From contig NC_047063.1 in assembly GCF_902459465.1 (NCBI RefSeq), positions 13,392,001-13,456,000 on the forward strand: DNA of 64,000 nt, given 5' to 3'. Shown here piece by piece: positions 1-10,104 of the stretch; the stretch's first letter is position 1, and each line of letters begins with the position of its first letter. This DNA comes from Asterias rubens. Lineage: Eukaryota. The notes beneath the pieces are model-generated. The model saw only the letters and a list, made by a program, of their open reading frames with translations, ran no database searches and was not told the DNA's origin. The position numbers and the translations under genes are program-made.

Positions 1-570
1 CGAAAATCTGGATTGTGAACTCGCCAAACATCTATTAAATCAAAGTCGTTACATAAACTAAGCACTCTGTTTCTAGCCAGAGGATTATTCAAATTAATGT
101 AATTAACACAACCAAGGAAATCATTTAATATCAAGTTCCAGTCCCCACATAAAATAGCATGAGTATTATCCAAATCATTCAGGGCAGTACATATATCATC
201 ATAAAAGCCAGGGTCATCATTATTTGGCCCATACAGGTTAATCAGGGAGATATTGTACTCTCCAATTTCCAAATCCAAAATTAAAAAGTTACCATTGTCG
301 TCATTTTTGACACGCTTGACTTTATACTCGAAATTGTTATTAAAAAGGATAGCAACTCCCCTGGAATTACTCCTAAAAGAACTAAAAAAAACACTCAAAA
401 CCCCATTCATTCCGGACAAGATTTTCCATGCCCTTATCAAAATGAACATCTTGTAAACAATAAACAGAATATTTTTTACTTTTAAGAAAATTAAAAACAT
501 CTCTTCTCTTGGCTAAGTTTCCCAACCCTCGGCAGTTCATCGAGGCTATCGAAAACTGACTATTTTCCAT
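1..570 (-). pseudogene. L1 ORF2p apurinic-type endonuclease domain (N-terminal part), interrupted by a +1 frameshift
   Basis: MENSQFSIASMNCRGLGNLAKRRDVF..YCLQDVH. Removing one base from the A8 run at 384-391 continues the frame as SSFRSNSRGVAILF..INLYGPNNDDP..CGDWNLIL..LIDVWRVHNPDF, which are typical L1 EN motifs. Confidence 0.85.
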
Positions 571-1048
571 CGCAGTTGTATTTACGTGAGGAAAAAAGGA
601 GTGTATTGGCAATCATTATAAACTTACTTTTCATGTACATACTAACAATTCTTTAATTAAAGAAACGAAATACAAGATAGAAATATCACAGTGAATCGAC
701 GATATGAAAAGAATATATGCTGCCCTGGATTTTTGCATTGACCCCACCCACTCTCCAAACCCCTTGCATCCCACAAGACACAAAAACCCTTCCCGCAAAC
801 AGAGGATGAAAAAAATCCTCCCTCCAAACCCCCCTGAAAAAAAATCTTCTAGGTCGACGAATGACCCGCAAAAGATGGATCATTGGGATGGAACCTACTA
901 ATACACAAGAGCTCCTTTCCAAAAAGCATAAAACGAACATTAAAATCGCCCCGAATGGCAGTACTGAGGAAAAAATTGTACTCAACTAAAGTCACAGTTT
1001 TCTTTATGAAGAAAAACCCCACCAAAGTGGAGAACATAGACTGGTTTT

Positions 1049-1933
1049 TCATCTCGAAAGGTGAAAGGCCTCACCGTTACTCGATCGCCATTTACCAGCG
1101 AAAAATCGCAGCTTTATACCTTTATCGTAAAGAGCCTTGACCTCGGTTTTCCATCGTTTCTTTTCTTGCCAGTCCTGCAATGTGAGGTCGTCCAGGATGT
1201 GTAGCTGTGTACTCGATCGCCATTTACCAGCGAAAAATCGCAGCTTTATACCTTTATCGTAAAGAGCCTTGACCTCGGTTTTCCATGGTTTCTTTTCTTG
1301 CCAATCCTGCAATGTGAGGTCGTTCAGGATGTGTAGCTGTGACCCCTCCAGAGCTCGTCGCCATTCCTTCATTACCCTCACTTTATCTTGGTACGAAAGC
1401 AGCTTAACCAGTATATGGGGTGGTCGACCGTTGTTGTCCCGTCCGTCCCGGTGGGCACGCTCGATTCGCGGGGGGTTTGAGTCCCAGTCGAACTTACTAG
1501 TGAAGATGTTGGAAATCTTTTCTGCACAGTTTTCGCTCTCCGACCTGGTCACTCCCACCACACGAAAGTTGTTTCGTCTTGCAAACCTCTCCTGCTTGTT
1601 GATTTCCTCTCCCTGTTTGGACAGACGGTCCTTCACCTCAGAAAGTTCCCCTTCGAGGGCGCTGACGGACATCTCGAGGCCCATTTTAGCCTTCTCTAGA
1701 ACAACGATTCTCTCGCTATTAAACTCTATTGACGCAGCCAGTCGAGCCTCGAGTTGCTGCTGGCCCTCCACTAACTTGGAGAGGGTAGACCTCACAAAGT
1801 TTTCAAACTCCAGGTGGTCGTCGTTGTTATCACCGACAGTGTCGCTGTCCTCGCCTTCCGAGGCTACTGGAAGCTTGGCGGCAGGGCTTGCTACACGGCC
1901 GGTCCTCTTTCCCCCTCGTAGTTTAGGCGGCAT
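1049..1933 (-). CDS. L1 ORF1p (coiled coil + RRM + C-terminal domain), 294 aa, with internally duplicated C-terminus
   Basis: Heptad coiled coil (LEMSVSALEGELSEVKDRL), RRNNFRVVG, IERAHR and RPPHILVKL motifs characteristic of L1 ORF1p. Confidence 0.85.
   Translation of the reverse strand: MPPKLRGGKRTGRVASPAAKLPVASEGEDSDTVGDNNDDHLEFENFVRSTLSKLVEGQQQLEARLAASIEFNSERIVVLEKAKMGLEMSVSALEGELSEVKDRLSKQGEEINKQERFARRNNFRVVGVTRSESENCAEKISNIFTSKFDWDSNPPRIERAHRDGRDNNGRPPHILVKLLSYQDKVRVMKEWRRALEGSQLHILNDLTLQDWQEKKPWKTEVKALYDKGIKLRFFAGKWRSSTQLHILDDLTLQDWQEKKRWKTEVKALYDKGIKLRFFAGKWRSSNGEAFHLSR
1078..1341. repeat. Tandem duplication, 2 x 132 bp, inside L1 ORF1
   Basis: 1078-1209 vs 1210-1341, 3 substitutions, in frame (44 aa). 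Confidence 0.95.
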
Positions 1934-2039
1934 GGCTATTACTAGTGTGAGTACTCAGTGAGCACGGTTGGGCGATTATATTCAATAGACGCGGAGCTCT
2001 TTTAGTGCACGTCCTTTCCCTACGGCGTCATTAGTCCAT

Positions 2040-2254
2040 CTGCATCATAATATGGGGAAAATGAATCCCATTTGGGTAGACTATGCAGTACCTGGTTTGG
2101 GTTTCTTCTGGGGGAAAACTAGGGCAATCCCATATGGGCCAAGTATGCAGTGTCCCACATTGGAAAAATGTGGGTAATCCCATATGGGGAAAAATGTGGG
2201 CAATCCCACGTGGGAAGAGTATGCACGTGACCCATATGGGCACCATCCTGGGTA
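2040..2254. mobile_element. Partial non-autonomous DNA element (CCCAG-terminus/TA-TSD type) made of CCCATATGGG-like palindromic repeats
   Basis: Multiple CCCA(T/C)(A/G)TGGG palindromes ending in CCTGGG-TA, the same terminus as the complete MITE at 12789-13059. Confidence 0.5.
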
Positions 2255-2994
2255 AGCCCATGATTGGACAGGTTAAAGCAAAGGCCCAACACCAGTATCA
2301 TGCGAGGAAAATGTGGGCATTCACATTGGTTGAATATGCGAACGACTATTAATGTGTGTAGAGAAACACTTACGGACAATCTCATACAATCCCATACCTA
2401 ACGTGTTGGAAAAAGACTCCAGCCATTGGGGACCTCGACTTTACGGGGTTAATATTCAATGTTCAAGTAAAAACCTGGGTGAAAAAACTATAGAAAGGCC
2501 CAAATAAGAATAGAGAAAACCCCAAATAAACCAATCATTGTGGTTATTGATATAAAAAGGTTCGTCTGGTTTTCTAGGGAAATCACCTATAAGCAATAAA
2601 GTTATTGTTCAGCACGGTTCGAAAAATCAACTTGTCAGGGGAGCCCACACTGTTTCCATGTTCAATTACCATGTTCAATTAGAGTGTTATATTAACATGT
2701 AAATTTTTATTCCCAAGGGCATGAATGCAAAGACTCAGTTCAGTTTGTCAAGTTCAGTTTGGTTCTATAAGTGTTCTAAAAAATGAGTGTTAACAACATT
2801 TTTTGGATTACGAACAAACGTTAGGTCACTGCATAACCGAAGACCGTCTCGCAATAAGTTGTTGCGCTTGACAATGTTACCAGTCTTGTCTCTGTACAGA
2901 TGCTGTACACGCAAATTGTCGTACTTGTCTAGTGAAAATAACTTGATCGAATGCTTTTAATATATTAAATGAGTTCATAACTGTTTGGATGCAG

Positions 2995-5890
2995 GTCCCA
3001 TTGTCGCCAGCATTGATCGTCTCGTTAGCAGCAGACGCAGCGTTGTTATCGTCGGTGGAGTAATGGGGTCTGCTGGATTCATTATCGGCTCGCAGTCGAC
3101 TACGGTGTTACAGTTAACATTTTCTATTGCCATTCTATCAGGTAAGAATATACGTGACTTAATTCATTCTGATGATTTGTTTCAATGTTTCATTCGAATA
3201 CCAAAGGGCCGGGGAAGATTTGAGGTTCAAGTTGTGTTGTCACCATCTTCCTGTGTAAGATTTACATTTAAAGCATCTGTTAATGCTCATGCGCAGCACA
3301 TTGTTGTCCATCGTTTACGTTTAAAGGTAGTGGACACTATTGGTAATTACTCAAAAAAGTAATTTTCCACGAATTTGATTTCGAGACCTCAGACTGAGAA
3401 GTTGAGGTCTCGAAATCAACCATCTAAATGCACACAACTTTGTGTGACAAGGGTATTTTTTTCTTTCATTATTTTCTCGCAACTTCGATGACCGATTGAG
3501 CTCAAATTTTCACAGGTTTGTTATTTTCTGCATATGTTGAGATACACCAAGTGAGAAATCTTGTCTTTGACAATTACCAATAGTGTCCAGTGTCTAGTGT
3601 CAAGTATTCTGTTTGAATCAAATAACAACAGCTGCGGCATTACCATCGGTAAAATGCAGTGAAATGGAGTCGAACACCGCGGAGCGTTTTTTTTTTTTTT
3701 TTTTTTTCATTTCATTCCATTTTATTTGCCAGCAAACATGAAAAAACACAAGTATTAAACAAATTGCCCATCAAAGAATTACAAGAACAAGCTATAATGG
3801 TTAATAAGAATACAATATGTAAAAACACAAGCAAATTACTGCGAAACCTGGCCTGGCCGCGGGAAGATATCAGGATTGTGTAGGAAACACCTCCAGTAGA
3901 ACACAAAACACTGGAGACAAAACAAAAGACAAGAACCCTGGCAGGGAAAGCCAATAGCGACAGAAAATCACTTACAAAGTGGCTGACCTTTTGGTTCAAG
4001 ACAACAATCGAAAATTAACATGACAAAACAAACCCTCCAGTGTATTACCCACCATCAAGCCAAGCAAGGCAACTCAGAAATAAAAGACAAGCAAAAAATG
4101 CCAATAACACATAATAATTTAAACAAATAAAGGGGTGAGATTTTGATTTCATTTGCGATGATGCATTGATTGTAAACAATCCATTCTGCGGACTTGTCCA
4201 ATAGTCATGTTTTTAGACAAAAACGGCAATATCAGCATATTAAGCAGAATGAGCAGCAGTGTCAGCAGCAGCAGTAATAGCAGCAACATCAACAGCAGCA
4301 ACGACACAAACAGCAGCAGAAGCAATCACATTAACACCACAAACAGCAAGCACCAGAAAACGCCAATTTCCAAAGGAATCAGATCGCGATGAAATAGTTG
4401 GTTGGGGTCGGTTTATCGATTTCCTCATCTTCTACAAATCGTTACTTTTCAATGAGACTTTTAGCTACTGTCTCATTCTTTTTCTCTGCAGGTATAGGTA
4501 AAGCTTTGAGTATTTTCCCCTGCAATGGTGCTCTGGCGTCCTGCTTCACTGACAACTATTCCGATGCAATTGCGTTAGTAGGATCAAGTATACCAATCTC
4601 GATGATCGTGTATGGTCCCCTGACACAAATACTTCTGGATACATACGGCTGGCGTGGAACCATGCTGATAATGGGTGGTATTACTTCCAACCTTGTAGTT
4701 TGTGGTGCATTGCTTAAAACTCCTGCAGTAGCATCACCAACAGATACAGAACAGTACCAACAGGTACCAAACGATGCAGCGAACGGTGACATTTCAACGG
4801 AGGGAGACGACATTCCTTGTGCTAAATCTCACCATGGAAAGTGTTTGACGATAAAGGAGAACATCCAGCGTGTCTTTATCTCCATGGACTTTAAATTACT
4901 GGCAAACACAAGATTCATATTTCTAACTGCGGCAATGAGCGGCTATGATTTCTGCTTCGCTGGGTGGATAGTGTACATGGTGTCACACGGTATATTCCAG
5001 GGGCTGAGCAGTTACCAAGCTTCACTGTTACCAACATCATTCGGGATTGGATACTTCATCGGCAAGTTCGCAGCTCCTTTGTTGGATCGCACCCGGTTCA
5101 AGCTTCATACATGCACATGGGTTTATCTTGGCTGCGTCCTCATGTGTGCCTCGTACCTCACCGAAGCTTTCATTGTACCGTTCCATGTGCAGATGATCGT
5201 TACGGGTTTCATTGGAATAGGACAAGGCATTACATCGCAGTCACATGACGTCCTTGTACGGTTTTTGACGTCCGTTGATCGGCTCGTAGCTGTGCTGTGC
5301 TGGCAGGCGCTTATAGGTGGATTTTGTGGGATTGGAGGTGGATTGCTAACAGGTTGGTATTAATTAAGCACGTTGGACATAGTTTTAAAGTTTTTTTTTG
5401 TGTTATTTTAAAATATAATAACTAACTCATCTCAATGACTTCGATTATGATTATGAATCTTACAACCAAGTACATGTTGATTACTTACAAGAGACAATAC
5501 TTATTCTAGTCATTGTGAAATCAGCGGTTAGCTTAACTGGTATCAAACCTGCCACCTTCTTTTTGCCAGTTCTGCAGCCTTGACCATGATGCTTTTCCCT
5601 CCCGAAAGCAACAGAGTAATACAATTCTGAGTCATGGGGACTCATTATAGACCACCTTACAGTGGGCGAAAAACACACTGACGGGAACTGAATCTTGACT
5701 ATCACAATAAAACACACAATTAAATGAAAACTATGTCATGTTTTTCCGTTGTTTGCTTTCAGGGTTGATTTACGAATGGACAGGAAGTTTTCAAGGGGCT
5801 CTCATTATGTACAGTGGCATCATGCTGATCTCGATCCTGTTGTTTTTCATATATGAACAAATAACAAAGCGAGAACAAGACCAATGCTAG
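2995..5890 (+). CDS. SLC16: SLC16/monocarboxylate transporter-like MFS protein, paralogue 1 (exons 2-4; exon 1 not in window)
   Basis: Exons 2995-3141, 4492-5352, 5763-5890 with GT-AG sites and phase-1 junctions, collinear with paralogues 2 and 3. MCT motifs LLDTYGWRGTMLIMGG and GLIYEWTGSF. Confidence 0.88.
3321..3597 (+). mobile_element. TTAA-flanked (Kolobok-like) MITE family A, internally deleted copy
   Basis: TTAA-AGGTAGTGGACACTATTGGTAATT ... AATTACCAATAGTGTCCAGTGTCT terminal inverted repeats; same family at 46017, 48664, 53421, 63057. Confidence 0.8.
3686..4135 (-). mobile_element. Probable 3' UTR/tail of a LINE in antisense orientation within MCT1 intron 2
   Basis: On the - strand it ends AATAAAATGGAATGAAATGAAA followed by poly(A) (poly-T run from about 3688 on +). 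Confidence 0.4.
4245..4360. repeat. Degenerate (CAG/CAA)n low-complexity tract in intron 2; similar tracts at ~14720-14845 and ~15560-15640 in paralogue 2
   Basis: AGCAGC/AACAGC-rich run visible directly. Confidence 0.7.
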
Positions 5891-6469
5891 CTGCGGATCT
5901 ATGGATTAGACAGCAACCAACTAACTAAACCCGGCCCCAAATAACAACGAAAACAAGATAAGAACGAAGAAAATGATTACAATTGGTTCATGACATACGC
6001 CCTCATAGGGCTTCTGCTTCCGTATATAGTGCGGCGTACCAACTTGATGCATCGGAAGTTCAGGACCGATCAAGTTGCTTGTGTCTGAAGATGAATTTTG
6101 GGAATCAGCCACTCCTGCACCCCGTATTGACACTGGCTTCCAGTCCGACCGGAAATTACGTAAAATACAGTGAAACGGAGTCAAACTCTGTGATGTGGAG
6201 CATTTGTTAAGTTTTTGAATACCTGTCCGACGAGATTATGTATAAATTGTAAAAAAAAAAAAAAAAAACATTCTGTGGACTGGTTCAGGAGTCATTTTTG
6301 TTTTCCTCTTCAATTATTAAACTTGGATGTGTATTTATTTATAGCTAATGGCATTGAACTGTCCCATGAGCTGCAGTATTTTAATTCAGTAAAAATTGTG
6401 AAGAACGCTGAAACGAATACTGTTGTGGTTTTCCATTTACTGGGCGAACTAACACGGTTTAAGGAAGTC

Positions 6470-6668
6470 AACCATTTGACTCCCATAAATGGCCGACCGT
6501 GTTAGTCGACGGAGTAAAAGAAAAACCATGTAATTTCGAGTCATGTTTGTGTGGATCATTGTATTCTACATTTAAAATATCTTTCTACCCATATGCATAT
6601 AATAACAAACGGTTACAAACGCTTTTCAAAGACCAAATCGACCGATCCAAGGCAACGTGTTCATTTAA
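6470..6668 (+). mobile_element. TTAA-flanked (Kolobok-like) MITE family B, right half
   Basis: Ends GACCAAATCGACCGATCCAAGGCAACGTGTTCAT-TTAA, the near reverse complement of the left ends at 33456 and 34038. Confidence 0.7.
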
Positions 6669-6848
6669 GCTCAGATAGGACTGTTCTTGTACCTATTAGT
6701 TCTGCATTACACAGTGGTGTGATTTGCTCTTCCACTATTTGTGTCAACCACCCAAGTCTGTCGGAAATGGGATGAATACATCTTTTTAACTACATGTCAT
6801 TTGTGAGGGAGTTTTATAAAGTAGCCACGAGTATTAGAATAATGCGAA

Positions 6849-8597
6849 AGTCACCTGTAAGTGGTATTTTGTCAAAATAAAGCTTTTGTCACAAAAATGT
6901 CTTTTGATGAGTGGAATATTAATAAACAATTAACTAAGGTTTAAAAAAATTAGTTTCCATGTTATTTACAAATTAAAAAATAAGCCCGACCCGAGAGGGC
7001 GCTGTTGGTTACGTCAATCGAGGACCGATATCTGAATAGAAAATGTGTAGTCTGGCCCCGTACTAGTCTGGTCCCCTGACCAAAGATTCCTTGACGTCTC
7101 TCGTTAAAAATCTTAGGTCAGGTATCACCCACGGTTAAAAATAGCGCATGACGCAACTTGTCAGGGTCGGGGGTCATCTCCAGGGAAACCATGTCTGCAC
7201 TAGTTGCGATGATAACGTAACCCTCCTCCCGACGGCCGCCAGGCCGGAGGAGATTCTTTTGATCGGCAAATGACAATCTGGTTCAACACGTATAATTTCG
7301 ACAGCTAGTCACCAGATTTGCCCCATTTTTACCACTTTCAAAAATCACTCAAGTCAAAACACCCGTGAGAAAATATTTTGAAGAAAAAGGACAAAAACTT
7401 ACCAGATCCCGGAGCGATTTCCATGGTTTATATTTTGAACATGTCGCATCGCTTTGCAAACGCTTTATTTAGGCACAGCGCCTTCATTGGCTGTAAATAG
7501 CAAAAACTCCTGTATCTACGGCCGACAAGACTGACATTTTGATTCAATACCGACCATCAACGATACTGTCCGAATGTTGACGACAACACATTCGGAACAT
7601 TTCGGATAACTTCGAAAAAGGAGGAATTCCTCCTTTGGTCACGTGATTTTGGGTGATACCGGACCCTAAATTCGACAGAGCCTAGTCGGGGATTTTTGGG
7701 TCTGGGAACCAGACTAGCCCCGTACACTACGTCTGGATACCTGATCGGTATGATGCTCACGTACAAAACTACGTTCACGGAGCAGACTGCACGCACTGTA
7801 TGGCTGCTGTGCGGATGGTCCACTTGGATTAACCAGCACGATGAACCGCATGCAGTGCCAACACAAGAAAGTGACACTTGGCGCAAGCTAAAAACATGCC
7901 CTCAAAGTTGAAACAATACCTGATTTTTTTTTTACGGTAGGCAAATGCTCTTTTAGGTTCGTTACCTCTTTCAGGTATCTTCTTCGACTTCCCCACTAGC
8001 TGGAAAAATGGTTGGGATGGCGTCATGTCTTAGAAAATAACTTTTCTCATCATGTCAAAATGTGTAGTGTATGTAGTCCGGATTCTCGAGGCACGACGGC
8101 TCGAAGTTTTTGCTGCACAGCGCTGGAAAAGTCGTCGGACCGGAAAAATGGGCGTGTTTTTGCCCGAAAAATACTCTCGCGCATGCACGAGCTTTAGTGA
8201 TGACCGCAAGGGACCTTGGGCCACTGGTGGTATGTGGAATGAAAATAGTTGTGGCATGGAGGAGAAATAAATGGGGACCACACAACCTGCTTTTCTTCTA
8301 CTATCGCTTCACACAATGGTGTACAGGTTGTGATGAAGCAATCTACCTCATATTTCTTCAGCCATGGTCTAACCATGGAGATATACCATCCATGGTCTAC
8401 AAAAAAGCAATTATTTTTAAACTGGACACACTTGGTAATTATTGTCGAAGACCAGTATTTCCTGCCAGTATTGTTTTTTTGCATAATTTTGTGTGCTTGA
8501 CCGGATGCATAAGTGCTGTTTGTAATGCAGTGTACTAATTTAAAAGAAACAAATATTGTAATGTTTGAAAAAAATATATATATATTTCCAGGTGACT
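6849..8597 (-). mobile_element. Kolobok-like non-autonomous DNA transposon carrying a decayed THAP domain
   Basis: Termini AGTCACCTGTAA / TTCCAGGTGACT. The - strand remnants ALCSKNFEPSCLENP and PKRAFAYR are homologous to 29279-29650. TTAA flanks are degenerate. Confidence 0.65.
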
Positions 8598-8834
8598 TTA
8601 GTTGTTGTTGCAGCCAAATATTAAAGTTGTTGCATAGTTTTTTAGTCAAGAAAACTGAAAAGGAGATGCATATTCATAGGGAGGTCTTATGTACTGTATA
8701 TACACAACAATTCAAACCGGTATAAACACAATTTCAGCTGTCGTGGAAGAAAACGTTTATGATTAAAGGACTGACGCATAAAACCAATTTGATCCCATTT
8801 TAAGGTTTATCTGAAAACCGATGAGTTTAAGGTA

Positions 8835-9290
8835 CAAGTCTTGGCAAATCAGCAATCATCAAACATTCCCACGAACAAGACCACATCATCGATTGGCATC
8901 AAGCCAAACTCATCGCACCTGTACCTGTACAGTCCTCCTGGCACCAACGACGAGTCAGGAGGCCATCGAGATAGAAGCACATCATACAGTTCCATAGGGT
9001 TCTTCATCAACGACATATGGTCCCTCATCCTCAAGCCCACCCATTTTAGCTGCGCACACACATCCAGCCAGCAAACAACTCTTACGCATCGCCGACAAAG
9101 AAAACTTGGATCGTTCCCGCCCAAGTGGCATCCATCCAGCGCTACTTGCTCAACCACCACAAGCAGCCCAGCATTCCCCTGAAGACGAACAAAGTATACT
9201 ACTCGAAACGTCGAGACCAAACCGGCTCTTTTCAGTGACATTCACTTCTGCACGTTAAACCATTGTCTTTTTATACGACCTAAACATTTT
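8835..9290 (+). mobile_element. Penelope-like element 3' fragment (end of GIY-YIG endonuclease plus pseudo-LTR with hammerhead-like motif)
   Basis: Frame-broken HIIDWHQAKLIAP..WHQRRVR(E)AIEI, resembling the C-terminus of PLE GIY-YIG domains, followed by CTGAAGA..GAAACGTC. Confidence 0.65.
9174..9217 (+). ncRNA. Degenerate minimal type I hammerhead ribozyme motif
   Basis: CUGAAGA 9179-9185, stem II partly mismatched, GAAA 9205-9208, palindromic ACGU stem III and GUC triplet 9210-9212. Confidence 0.5.
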
Positions 9291-9619
9291 CAAAAAAAAA
9301 AAAAAAAAATCATGGCTCTCATTTTTGCGTGACGTCACGCCAATATGGCTGATACGCTCTTTGTAAACACAATTTACTGTTGCTACTTTTTGTACCCGTT
9401 TTGTATTGGTTTTGGCGATGAAATTCGTTCTTAAATTTGGAGCCTTGTGTGGGAAAATGTTATGTACTTCTCTGCCACATGCAAAATGTCATGTAGGCCC
9501 TATATATTATATGAAACACTGTGCTGTGATAGTAGTGGATTTTTTTTATATATATTTGTTTATTAAAAAACGTCTATGGGTGTGTTTCTTATGGTCAGCC
9601 ATGACATTCATACGTTTCT

Positions 9620-10100
9620 TGTTCTGTTTGTCCATTAGGGTGGACCTTAAGTGTTTGACGTTACATAGTATGGTATCTTGTAACTGTTCAAACTCTTCAA
9701 TAGAGCATGACTCCTGGAGTTGAGACTCAGTGTTTGTTATCTCAAGTAACTGATTATCAATGAATTGTTGGCATTGATTTTCCAGCAACTTGATCAAACG
9801 GAAAGACGTATTAGTGAGTGTCTTGTTCCATTTCTTCAAAAAGGATGGGTCAAGGTCCCCAAAGGAAGGGGTACACTTGATCTGTAGGCCTTTGGGAATG
9901 ATACGGGACAAACGATAAAAACGGTAGTTATCAAGATGTGACATGTAACGGGTGTTCTTTTCCTTAAGCTTACGAAGCTTGCGGAAAGTGCACTTGGTGT
10001 CGGGAGCAAGTGCCATAATAGATGGGGGAATACAGTCAAGGGGAAATATCTTAAATCATTCCTGTGGAGAGAACGGGTTATAAATCCTGTACAAAATTGA
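9620..10100 (-). mobile_element. Penelope-like element 5' fragment (N-terminal ORF region, truncated)
   Basis: ORF from ATG 10016 with SHLDNYRFYRLSRIIPKGLQIKCTPSF..WNKTLTNTSFRLIKLL, resembling PLE N-terminal domains. A splice acceptor (TTCTCTCCACAG, AG at 10063-10062) lies just upstream of the ATG. Confidence 0.6.
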
Positions 10101-10104
10101 TTAT

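Larger units (their letters stand above)
1..2030 (-). mobile_element. L1-clade non-LTR retrotransposon, 5' part (5'UTR, ORF1, ~480-bp spacer, start of ORF2); runs off the window at position 1
   Basis: ORF1 1933-1049 and ORF2 starting at 570 on the - strand, in L1 order. 5' boundary near 2030 is approximate. Confidence 0.85.

Noticed and set aside
4207-4501. Ser/Asn- or Ala/Thr-rich ORFs in MCT intron 2 (and 14615-14842)
   Set aside because: Arise from degenerate (CAG)n tracts lying between well-defined exons.
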